Origin: Octopus sinensis
Taxonomy: Eukaryota
Assembly: GCF_006345805.1 (NCBI RefSeq)
Contig: NC_043007.1
Location: 50,840,001 to 50,904,000 of the forward strand
Direction of reading: 5' to 3'
DNA length: 64,000 nucleotides
A program made the position numbers and the translations under genes. Positions 52,739 to 64,000 of this stretch are shown piece after piece. Numbering within the stretch: the first letter of the stretch is position 1; the number at the start of each line of letters is the position of its first letter. Below the pieces are notes generated by a model that saw only the letters and a program-made list of their open reading frames with translations, made no database searches and was not told where the DNA came from.

Positions 52739-53738
52739 TTAACCCCGCGGAATTTGGTCCTCTTAAAAACATCGGTGTCTAAGTTCGAATCATTTGAGCG
52801 CTATTAAGTGTTTTCTATACCGAAAATCTCTGGATCTCATCTGTTGACCACATGTATGTATGTATGTATGTATGTATGTATGTATGTATGTATGTATGTA
52901 TGTATGTATGTATGTATGTATGTATGTATGTATGTATGTATGTATGCATGCATGTATGTATGTATGTATGTATGTATGTATGTATGTTCGTTCTTCTCTT
53001 CATCTTTTTTATTTGGAGTAATTTTTCATGGGCCACCTAGTTAGTAGCAAGGTCGTGAAGGTAAGTATCTTGTTTAAACAATCATCCTTTAAATCTTAAG
53101 AAAGGATTGCAGATTTTTATAGTTCCAACTATCGTGATCATTTGTAGCATACGAATTGAGGACTTGCTTTTAATCTAGTATGTAGCTTTTAAGCAACTAA
53201 CCCCGAATGGGAAGATCTGCAAACAGATCTCTGACTCGCTTTGGAGAATTTGTTGCAATTACTTCCTTCAGAGTCATATCACAATGATGATCAAATTCGT
53301 CGCTAAAGATCATGTAAAAGAAATTGCTTGACAATCGATGCTGGTATGTTTACTTCCCCGTAACTTAGCGATTCGGTAAATAAACCGATAGAATAAGTAC
53401 TTGGCCTACAAAGAATAAGTCCTAGGTGGATTTGCTCGACAAAAGAGGCCGTGCTCGAGTACAGCCGCGGTCAAATGACTGAAACAAGTAAAAGAATAAA
53501 GGGATATACATATATATATATATAGGCTAGCCAGAGAGAGAGAGAGAGGGGGGGGGGAGATAGAAAGAGAGAATGACAGAGAGAGAGATGATGGGCTTCT
53601 TTTAGTTTCCGTGTTTTTGCCAACCAAATCCACTCACAAGGCCTTGGTCGACCCGGGGTTATAGTGGAAGAGACATGTCGAATGTGCGACGCAGAGGGAC
53701 TGAACTAAGACTAATGTGGTTGTTCACAAATTTCTTAC

Positions 53739-53980
53739 CATAAATCTAGATGTGTATGTCCACAGTGTCCACCGCAAGGACTTGTCGATCACCTCGCTTA
53801 ACGGTCACGATGTTGCTTCGGGAAAAGTCGAGAATCGATTCGGCTTGGCACCAGGCAGTATCACGGACTTTGTTATTAGAACGCAGAGAGCCGGAAAAGC
53901 AATCTACTCTCTCACGCACGCTCTGACAATTACGTCTTTTCCACCATACTGGAATTGGTCTTTTATTTATTGACTCAGAA
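53739..53980 (-). other. Candidate exon 2 of a minus-strand spliced transcript
   Basis: Acceptor CATTTCTTTTCATCAG and donor ATG|GTAAGA (the donor is supplied by a SINE A head). Unique, CpG-rich sequence with one open frame. Confidence 0.35.
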
Positions 53981-54015
53981 CTGATGAAAAGAAATGCTGG
54001 CCTCGGAAGGGTCTG

Positions 54016-54064
<49 letters not shown>

Positions 54065-54367
54065 CGTTTATATGTAGTAAAAATATCCGACATAGATGTA
54101 CACATCCATATATATTTTTATGCATACATACATATATACACACATATAAATATATACACGCACAAGTACTTGCGCGCGCACACACACACACGCACACAGT
54201 ACACTGAGAGAAAGAGGGGAGGGAGATTTGTATTTATTTATCCAAAATTAAAAAACTATAAAAAAATTCAATCCTATTTGTTTTTCTTCGCTTAGACAAA
54301 TTGGCATTAAGAAAAGAAATGAAAAACATATAGCGATGGAATTGGTCAGCGAGTTCTTGATACTCAC

Positions 54368-54522
54368 CAGGGTTTGGGTATGGGTTTGGGTAGGCAGAGG
54401 AGGAGGTTGAACAAGACTGAGGAGGCGGTGTTTGAGATGAGTGGGAAGATGTAACCAGCCACCCTGAACGGACCAGGAGCAACGACCGATGTCAAATCAT
54501 CACACTTAATGAGGTTCGACAT
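54368..54522 (-). other. Candidate exon 1 of the same transcript
   Basis: Donor CTG|GTGAGT at 54367. ATG at 54522 opens a frame that splices in phase to the 53980 exon, giving 129 aa with no recognised homology. Confidence 0.33.
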
Positions 54523-55759
54523 GTTTGTATAGGTGGGTGCCTAACTGTTTCTACTACCCAAGCTTCTCTCCATCACCCTACACCCCCTATATGCCCGTAT
54601 ATTCTCTCCTTATTCACTGTCAACGAGGAAGCCTTTAGTGGGGTCACTCAATCTGCTAGAAACGATAACAAAATCTTTCTCATTTCACTGTACAGAAACC
54701 TTCAAGGAAAGGCTTATATTGTACAATGTAATTCCACGTAGTTACTATGTCAGGAAATTCAAATGGGATGGTTATGGAAAGAACACTTTTGATCAGAGAC
54801 ATTTTCAATCAAGGCTAGCCTAGTGTTAAGCATCAGTAACATTTCCAGCCCTTTAATTACTGTGACTGAGCAAAAAATTAACTACGAAATCAAACAAAAC
54901 AATGAAAACAGCAAGCCTCTACGTGGTCACTCACTTTGCTAGCAATAACAACCAAATCTCCCTTAACTCAACTGTATTTGAAAAAGGAGAAATTAGGTAT
55001 CCCCCAAAAGACAGGATGGTCATTGCTGGAGTACCTTTAATGATAGGTTTCCTCGCCTGTGATGACCTGGGGTTTAACAACCGTTCAATACAAAATCACT
55101 TGGAGAGATTGGTGTTGGTGATGATGATGGTGGTGGTGGTGGCAGCGGTAGTGGTTTCGGTGACGGTGGTGATGCTGGTAGTGGGGGGATAGTGGTAGTG
55201 GTAGTAACGGTGGAAATTTAGGATTTCTCAAAAGACATTTGAGAAAACCATCATTTTTGACAGGCATTTTTTTAGCAGGGTCCTGTCTTAAGAACACTCA
55301 TTTTTGGTATATATTTTTGTATATCTATTTGGCTTTTACTATGTTTTTTTTTAGTAATTGTTGTTGTATTGGTTGTTTGAAACCGTTGACTGGCAGTTGA
55401 AGCAGCAGTGTTGGTTTAATGTGAGATGACGAGAGTAACATATGCTTTGGAACTATAGAAACCTGGAGAAGGAATGGTAAAGGCATGAATTAATTCTAAC
55501 CTCTATGGATCCTTCCACATGCTAGAAATAGTAAGTAAATTTACTCCTTATTCGTCTTACTGGAATTACAGAAACCGAAAGACTGCTAAAGGACTGGATT
55601 AGCTCTAACTTCTGCAGAGTTCCTGTTTCTGCTAGAAATAATAGTCAAATTTACTCTTTATTTAGCCTATTGAATCTAAAATGAAGTCACGTTGGATAGC
55701 AACTGCTCTAGACCTATTCTATCATGATTGACATGGTAAATGGGGGAAATAATAATTAA

Positions 55760-56165
55760 ATTACTTTTTGAGTTAAAATTCCGCCGAGGTCGACTTTGCC
55801 TTTTATCTTTTCGTGGTCGATAAAATAAGTACCAGTTGAGCACTGGGGTCGATGTAATCGACTAGCCTCTCCACCCAAAATTCAGGCCTTGTGCCTATAG
55901 TAGAAAGGATTATTATTATTATTATCATTATAATTATTATTATTATTAAAAAGGCTGCAAGCTAGAAGAAACGTTAGCACCCTGGACGAAACGCTTAGCG
56001 GCATTTCGTCCGACATTACGTTCTGGGTTCAAATTCTGCCAAGGTCGACTTTGCCTCTTATCTTTACGGGTCAATAAAATAAGTACCAGTTGAGCACTGG
56101 GGTCGATATAATCGACATCTCCGCCCTCCACAAAATTGCTGGCCTTGTGCCAAAATTTGAAAACA
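55760..56165 (+). mobile_element. Two tandem SINE family C copies
   Basis: Well-preserved cores at ~55760-55915 and ~55940-56165, each ending in (ATT)n. Confidence 0.85.
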
Positions 56166-56198
56166 TTATTATTATTATTATTATTATTATTTGTTGTT

Positions 56199-56251
<53 letters not shown>

Positions 56252-57367
56252 TACAGCAGCAGCAGCAGTAGTAGTGGCAGCTGTAGCAGCAGCTGCAGCT
56301 GAGTTGATGTATCCTCTGTCTTTGTGCTTAGTTGCGTCCCACAGTTGGCAACATCGTTTTCAAACCTGTATTCGTACTTAGTACATACAGAACCACATTT
56401 CTTTGGTTAGCTTTGCTCAAACAACTATGAACAAAGATCGCGTTTATATGAATTTGGAGAAGTTACTGATTACATGAAGTGCCTCCGAGACATTTAATAC
56501 TTATAATTCTTCAGAAATTGATCTAATAAGTGAGCCTCACACCCGCTAGAAATAAGTGCCAAATCTCCCACAAATTAATAGTCTATTGTCTTTAAAGACG
56601 AAAAACATTCTTTAGACCATCTAATCCTGGATATACAAGACAAAAAATATGTCACTATCGTTTGGTCTTTCATTGTAGATCTGCTTGACCAGAGCTGATC
56701 GGGGTTTTAAAAAAGCAGTCACCGCCACCACCATCACAGGCGGGATGGTCATAGTTGGATCACTCTTAAGCATATCTCTTCTTGATCCAGTTTGACCACA
56801 ATGACCGTTACAACCAATGTCATTGACCACCAACGACCAGTAAGTAGCAGTTTCAGCATTCACCTTCAATCATCACCACTAGACACCCTTCAAAACCATC
56901 ATTAACATCTCTATCATCACCATACAACCACCACCACCACCACCACCACCACCACCACCTTGTGCCCGTTGACACCGTTACCCATTTTTAGCTATCGCCA
57001 CTGCTCTGCACTCATCACGACTGCAACGACGACCACCACCCCTAATGTTATCCTGTTCCCATCACGACCACAACTACCATTTCGTGCACATCACAAGCAC
57101 CATCATACCACCAATGCCTCTACCATCACCACCACCCGTAACACTCTGTACCCATTATCACTGTCACCATCACTACCACCATTACTGCCATTTTGTACCC
57201 ATCGTCACCACCACCTAGCGCAGTACCATACACTACCCATCACTGCCACTATCAGCACCACCACCATCACTATCTGTACCTTCCACTGCCCTCACCACTC
57301 CCCATCACCACCACCCGCATCCTCCACTGGTCATTACCATTACTACCCTGCCTCACTCCACCCTGAT

Positions 57368-57402
<35 letters not shown>

Positions 57403-59462
57403 CCTCCCACCCCCTCTCCGGCTGAACGCTGTTGGTGCCAGTGGTAGACACCGAGGTTACGGTATGCTCCTCCCTTTACCAGTCGGACGACAGAACGGAA
57501 CGGTGACTTCCACGAAAACTGATTTATATACAAATAAACAATAGCAACACCACCACCAACTACTACTGCACGAGCAACAACACAAACAACAACAACATTG
57601 GAAATACATTTTCCCTTCAACCACAGTCACCACCGCTACCACCTCCACTTGTCGCACACACACTCTCTCTCAAACACACACACCATCACCACTAACACAA
57701 TCACCTCCGCCATCATCACGCCATTACTTCTACTTTTATGCTGTATATTTGTTGTTTCTCTCAATAACTGCTCCTCCTAAGTGAAACAACCACCACCAAC
57801 ATCACTTCCACCACTATCATTATTATCATAACCATCACTACCATGAACATCACCATGAAAACAACAACAACAATAATCCTTTGCACAATTTTGAGAGAGA
57901 GGTTAGTCCTAAACTGGTACTTATTTTATCGATCTCGAAAGGATAAAAGGCAAAGTCGACCTCGGCAAATTTGAACTCAAAACATAATAATAACAACAAC
58001 AACAACAACAACAATAATAATAATAATAATAATAATAATCCTTTCGGATCTTTTCTATTCTGAAGCCAGGACCACAGATCTTTCTACTTAACTAAATAAT
58101 CTGAAACTTCGTATGCTGATAGAGTCTAGCAAAACAAGACACAGGTTGGAACTAGTTTATTTGAGAAAAACTATTTTTATGACTTTAATCGTAGATTAAA
58201 ACTGCGAATTTTAACCAATCAGATTGTTTTGTTTCATGTGTAAAACTTGACTGCATTCTATTAGTGTGACGTAGAAAGCGCTTTTGTGACGTACTAACGT
58301 TCGGAAAACTGTAAACAAACACGGCAGACGAAATACGGCTACGCATTTCGCCCGGCGTGCTAGCGTTTCTGCCAGCTCTTTGCTTTTTAATATTAAATTT
58401 CGGCGAAGTTTCGCTTGTCGTAGCACAAGTTTTCCGTCGATTTCGTAAAAAACTTTTATTTTTTTACATAAGTAATGAGAGCGAAAGAGACTAAGAGGAA
58501 GCGATTTTATGACGAGGGAAGTTTGTCTTTGAAGTTACCGTCTAGGGGAAGCATTGATGTTACATGTGTGTGTGTGTGTGTGTTTGATGGGGTGTGGGAG
58601 ACAGTATGTTGTGTAAGTGAAGTGCTTCTGTTAGTGTGTGTGAAGAGACAGAGAGAGTAATGTGTGAAAGAGAGAGATAACTGAAATTTTTTACTCGGTG
58701 TATGTGTATATGTATGTCTGCATGTATGTGTGTGTGTGTATGCATCTATGTATGTATGGCCAATTCATCGTAATTACGATTACGATGAATCGGCTATACA
58801 TACATACACACACACACATACATACACACACACACACACTTACACATACATACACACACATACATGCAGACATACAGAATGGAAACATTTTCAATTTAAT
58901 ACATGTGGCTTATTAACTAGTTTTAAATATTGTTATTAGAAGGGGCTGACTTGTTTACATTAAGATGTTAAATACGTCACGAAATTGGTGGTCGAGACGG
59001 AGTAAATAAAATAAAGCCGAATGACGGAATATCATTGGTTAAAATTCTAATTATTAATTATTAAACAACGTTAAACTTAGAAGTTACAATCCGTTTTCAT
59101 TCTGGTTTACAATTAAGTTTACTTTTGACACATTCTACCAGTATACGAAGTTTCAAATTGTTTGGTTCAGTAGGAAAAATTTGAAAAAACTGGCCTCAAA
59201 ATAGAAAAGATCCATCCTTTCTACTGGGGGCACAAAGCCTCAGATTTGTGCGAAAGGCACTTGTCGATTACATCGATCCCAGTGTTACTTTTATTTATCA
59301 ACCACGAAAGATGAAAGTCGACCTAGGAGGAATTTGAATTCAGAACATAGCGATGAGCGAAATACTGCTAAGCGTTTTGCCGGGCGCGCTAACGATTCTG
59401 CCAGCTCGCTGCCTTAATAATAATAATAAGAATAATAATAATAATAATAATAATAATATAAT

Positions 59463-60452
59463 AACAGCAAATATTCTGCTCAATACCACAGATTTGCTTG
59501 TCAGTTGTTTGACCTTAACCAGTTGAGCATGTCCCTTAGTGGCTGACGATATGTGCATCTTGATCACGAGCAGAGTAGAAGTAGTGGGGGGAGCATCATA
59601 GCCATGTGTTGAGAGGGACTCTTTGGGGTTTGAATAATTCACCTCTGGAAACATGGGTGGTTCTTTCAACATCCTTAAACAGCCCCTATTCAGGGACCTT
59701 TTGAGCGGGATGGGCTACTCACTCAAACCTGAAGAAAATTCTAACTGGGCCCCACTGCAAGGTCATGTACTGTTTATCTTGGTATGAGATCACCATGTTG
59801 CGCACATATGGTTGTGATGCATGTGCCTGGTGTACCCTTATCAGACGGGTAGTCATGATGGGTATATGGGCTTCGTATATTTCACCCCAGTGTCACTTTG
59901 ATGGCATGAACTGCTCTCTCACTCAATAATAATAACAACAACAACAACAACAACAACAACAATAATAATATAATAATAATAATAATAATAATATAATAAC
60001 AGCAAATATTCTGCTCAATACCACAGATTTGCTTGTCAGTTGTTTGACCTTAACCAGTTGAGCATGTCCCTTAGTGGCTGACGATATGTGCATCTCTGAT
60101 CACGAGCAGAAGTAGTGGGGGGAGCATCATAGCCATGTGTTGAGAGGGACTCTTTGGGGTTTGAATAATTCACCTCTGGAAACATGGGTGGTTCTTTCAA
60201 CATCCTTAAACAGCCCCTATTCAGGGACCTTTTGAGCGGGATGGGCTACTCAACCTGAAGAAAATTCTAACTGGGCCCCACCTGCAAGGTCATGTACTGT
60301 TTATCTTGGTATGAGATCACCATGTTGCGCACATATGGTTGTGATGCATGTGCCTGGTGTACCCTTATCAGACGGGTAGTCATGATGGGTATATTGGGCT
60401 TCGTATATTTCACCCCAGTGTCACTTTGATGGCATGAACTGCTCTCTCACTC
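59463..60452 (+). repeat. Tandem duplication (period ~535 bp) of a LINE-3'UTR-like unit with (AAT/AAC)n tail
   Basis: Copies 59463-59924 and 59998-60452 share an identical 5' junction and differ only by small indels. Confidence 0.95.
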
Positions 60453-60512
60453 AATAATAATAACAACAACAACAACAACAACAACAACAATAATAATAAT
60501 AATAATAATATA

Positions 60513-62428
60513 AGATCGTGGAGAACCACACTAACTTTGAACTGTGATAATGAATCTCTAAATGCTAGTGATGTAAAAATTTCATGTGGCATTTTCCAGG
60601 GTGACTCACTATCACCACTCCTCTTATGTTTAGCCTTTATACCTCTCTCAAAATTGCTCAATGACGCGCAGTACGGATATAAAATGTTTGATAAAAATAC
60701 AAATCATCTCATTTTTATGGATGATATAAAGCTCTTTGCAAAAATGACCAACTGCCTTAAGTTTTACTAGCGATTGTTGAACAATTCAGTGACGGCATCA
60801 GGATGCAATTTGGCCTCGATAAATGTGCAAACTACCTTTATCAAAGGAAAAATGACAGAAACATCTAACGTTAACCTTGACCAGCAGAATGTCATAAAAG
60901 AGTTAGACCCAGCGGAGAACTACCTAGGGGTAATTGAATGGGACGGAATAAGGCATTCAGTGATGAAGGAAAGGATCAGGAGAGAATGTTATCGCAGAGT
61001 AAGAGCAATACTCAAGAAAGAGCTGAATGCGAGAAACAGGATCGAAGCGATCAATGCTTTAGACATACCAGTCGTGACTTACAGTTTCAATATCGTTAAC
61101 TGGTCAATTACTGAAATATGTAATCTTGACAGAAAAATACGAAAACTGTTGACAATGCATACAATGCACCACCCTAAGGCAGATGTAGAATGATTTTATC
61201 TGCCAAGAAAAGAGGGAGGCCGCGGACTTTTACAACTGGCAATAACAATGAAGATTGCTACAATTGGCCTAGATACCTACCTGAAAAACTCTGAGGACTG
61301 GATGTTAAAACTTGTCTCAAAACATGAAAACAAGAAAGCATCATACTCAGTAACAAAACAGGCAAAGGCATATCTAAGTGAATTCCGAATACAACAAATT
61401 TCGGAATTAAACATACAAGAATTAAACATAAAAGCTAAGCGCATGAAAACCCGTGCTAAAACTGCTGTCTCAGATATTCTGATTGATAAATGGCAAGAAA
61501 AACCTCTCAATGGCAAATACCCAAAGAGAGCGAATAATGCAGATGTTGACAAAGCCCTGACCCATCAATGGCTAATAGCCTCTGGCTTAAAATCTGAAAC
61601 AGAAGGGTTTATCATAGCAGCTCAAGATCAATGCCTACCTGCAAGGAACTACAAGGCCAACATATTAAAGAACGGCAGTAGCCCAACATGTCGTATATGT
61701 CAACAACAAAATGAAACCATTGATCATGTTGTCTCCAAGTGCAGTCTTCTTGCGCCTACAGAGTATCTCAACAGGCATGATAGAGCTGCACAATATATTC
61801 ACTGGGTAATTTGCAAAAGCCTGGGCTTGCTCTATGATAAAAACTGGTGGGAACACAAACCATATCCAGTGCTTGAAAATGACCATATCTCACTCCTCCG
61901 GAACTTCACCATTCAAACTGACAGAAAGATAGATGCAAATAGGCCAGACATCATATTGAAAGCCTTCAGACAAAAAACATACCTCCTCATTGATATGACT
62001 GTCCCAATCGATATAAACGTATCTGTCAAGACCTACCAAAAACTGAGCAAATATAAAGATCTTGAAATAGAAATCAGCAAAATGTGGAACCTGAAAACTA
62101 AAACAATACCTGTTGTCATAGGTGCCCTGGGAATGATAGCAAAAGGGGCTGATTGCTACCTAATTCAGATACCAGGAAACCCCAAAATGGCAGAAATTCA
62201 AAAGATAGTGCTCATGGGAACTGCTCATATCCTACGCAAAATACTTTCTATGTAATCTCAAGTTTTATAACAAACATAATTTTCTTATGTTTTTTTTAGA
62301 CATTCACTAGTACAACACTAAGTACAAAACCAAATATATGGCACCCTAGGCATTACATTATTTCTTGAGGTTTCTGGGTGAGACCTTCAGCCAACTTGTA
62401 CAAATGTAAATCAAAAGTCAAACATATA
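60513..62428 (+). mobile_element. 5'-truncated Dong/R4-clade LINE (RT C-half, CCHC knuckle, RLE endonuclease) inserted in (TAA)n
   Basis: GIFQGDSLSPLL, NHLIFMDDIKLFAK, FGLDKCA, YLGV, HHPKADVE, CRICQQQNETIDHVVSKC, RHDRAAQYIHW, RPDII..IDMTVP..KLSKYKDL and PVVIGALG. ORF 61248-62255 is intact; frameshifts and stops lie upstream. (AAT)n on both flanks. Confidence 0.95.
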
Positions 62429-62489
62429 ATAATAATAATAATAATAATAATATAATAATAATAATAATAATATAATAATAATAATATAA

Positions 62490-63040
62490 TAATGGTTTCA
62501 ATTGTTGGCACAACGACAATAAATTCAGGAGAGGGGGTAAATCGATTACATTAACCCCAGAGTTCAACTGGTGCATAATTTTATCCACCCAGAAATGATG
62601 AGAGGCAAAGTCAACCTCAGCGGAAATTGAACTCAACGCAAACACGGACGAAATGCCGCCAACAATTTAATAAAACCCCTTTCTAACCCTTTCTGCTATA
62701 AGCACAAGGTCAGAAATAGTTGTGGAAGGGGATAGTCGATTACACCACCCTAGTATTTAACTGGTACTTTAACGACTCGAAAGGATGAAAGGCGAAGTCG
62801 ACCTCGGAGGATTTTGAAATCAGAACATGAGGACGGACGAAATAGTGCTAAGCATTTTGCCCCGTGTGTTAATGATTCGACCAGTTCACTGCCTTAATAA
62901 TAAAACAAATAATTCTTTCTATTATAGACGCAAGGCCTGAAGTTTTTGGATAAAACACCAGACAATTACATCGACCCCAGCAATTGACTGCTACTTATTT
63001 CATCGACACAGAAAAGATGAGAGGCAAAGATGACCTCGTG
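62490..63040 (-). mobile_element. Cluster of three SINE family C copies
   Basis: Reverse-complement cores at ~62490-62660, 62680-62900 and 62910-63040. Confidence 0.75.
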
Positions 63041-63769
63041 GGCATTAGGTATACCATAAACACTATGCATTATCATTTCGGATTGCAAGCATATACATAA
63101 CTTGCTGCAAAAAAAATTAAGTAATATAATAATTATAATCATGTAGTTACTACGATTTCTTTTTATTGATATTGTTCTTGTCAACCGTCAGGTCAGCCTG
63201 ATCTGTAAGAGCTACGATGAAAGCCGTCCCACCAGTAAACATTATTGTTTAAGCACAACGTATGGAGTAATACGTTACCAGGGAAACTACCTTAATCAAG
63301 AGAGGCCCATGCGGTGTTACCTCACTCAAAGATACTTCTGAAGTTCCAAGAAAGAAATTGGCAATATAGATTGACACGGATTGCACCAACACTACCATGT
63401 TTGTTGCAGAAATTATCAGGAAGAAATACATTACAATTGTGAAGAACAGTGAAGTGTGAAGACTTCACACCTGAATATAATCACATGGTTTACTCCTTAG
63501 AACTAGCCTATAGACCTAAGATAATGTAGGTAAGGAATCTGCGTAGGCCTTTATGCCAGATTTTCGACTGAATATAGCACCTGCCAACATTCTAAGAAAT
63601 GCTTCTGTCGATATCATGTGCCGTACGTATGTATGTATGTATGTATGTATGTATGTATGTATGTATGTATGTATGTATGTATGTATGTATGTATGTTTGT
63701 ATGTATGTATGTATGTATGTATGTATGTATTTATGTATGTATGCATGCATCTGTCTGTCTATCTATCCA

Positions 63770-63810
<41 letters not shown>

Positions 63811-64000
63811 ATATATATATATGTATGTATGCAGGTATCCATATATCTTATATGTATGCATATATATATGTATATACATATATATATGTGTATATATATA
63901 CATATACATATATATATACATATATATATGTATATACTTATATATATATGTATGTATATACATACATGTATACTTACATGCTTATCTGCATACATCTATA

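Noticed and set aside
53981-53990. CTGATGA near 53981
   Set aside because: There is no downstream stem II or GAAA. It is better explained as the complement of a splice acceptor (TCATCAG).

Overview
AT-rich eukaryotic DNA saturated with microsatellites and repeats. The repeat repertoire (OR-like tRNA-derived SINEs, Penelope-like elements, Dong/R4 LINEs, dense (TA)n/(CATA)n/(AAT)n tracts) points to a coleoid cephalopod, most likely Octopus; this is an inference from recognition, not a search. I recognise no host protein-coding gene, only a few low-confidence candidate exons. Nearly all ORF-track entries are microsatellite or SINE translations. Recognisable mobile elements: a Tx1/L1-clade RT fragment (1-897), a mariner and a Tc1 remnant, a near full-length decayed Penelope-like element (PLE; RT + GIY-YIG) bounded by ~310-bp inverted repeats (22477-25699), three Dong/R4-type (RLE) LINE pieces, two CR1/L2-type 3' remnants, a Helentron-type HINE, and dozens of SINEs in three families. 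The most striking unexplained structure is about 16 minimal type I hammerhead-ribozyme motifs in short PLE-like tails abutting (TA)n tracts. Several carry non-canonical cores (G3:C8 swap, U4C, A6U), and two pairs sit in long fold-back palindromes. Second is a 1.2-kb inverted-repeat-bounded PLE-like remnant (4441-5612) with extreme GC loss but retained CpG, resembling RIP/deaminase hypermutation. All counts were made by eye and SINE boundaries are approximate (+/-20 bp). Single-base interruptions in the TA tracts suggest long-read consensus errors, so some frameshifts may be artefacts.
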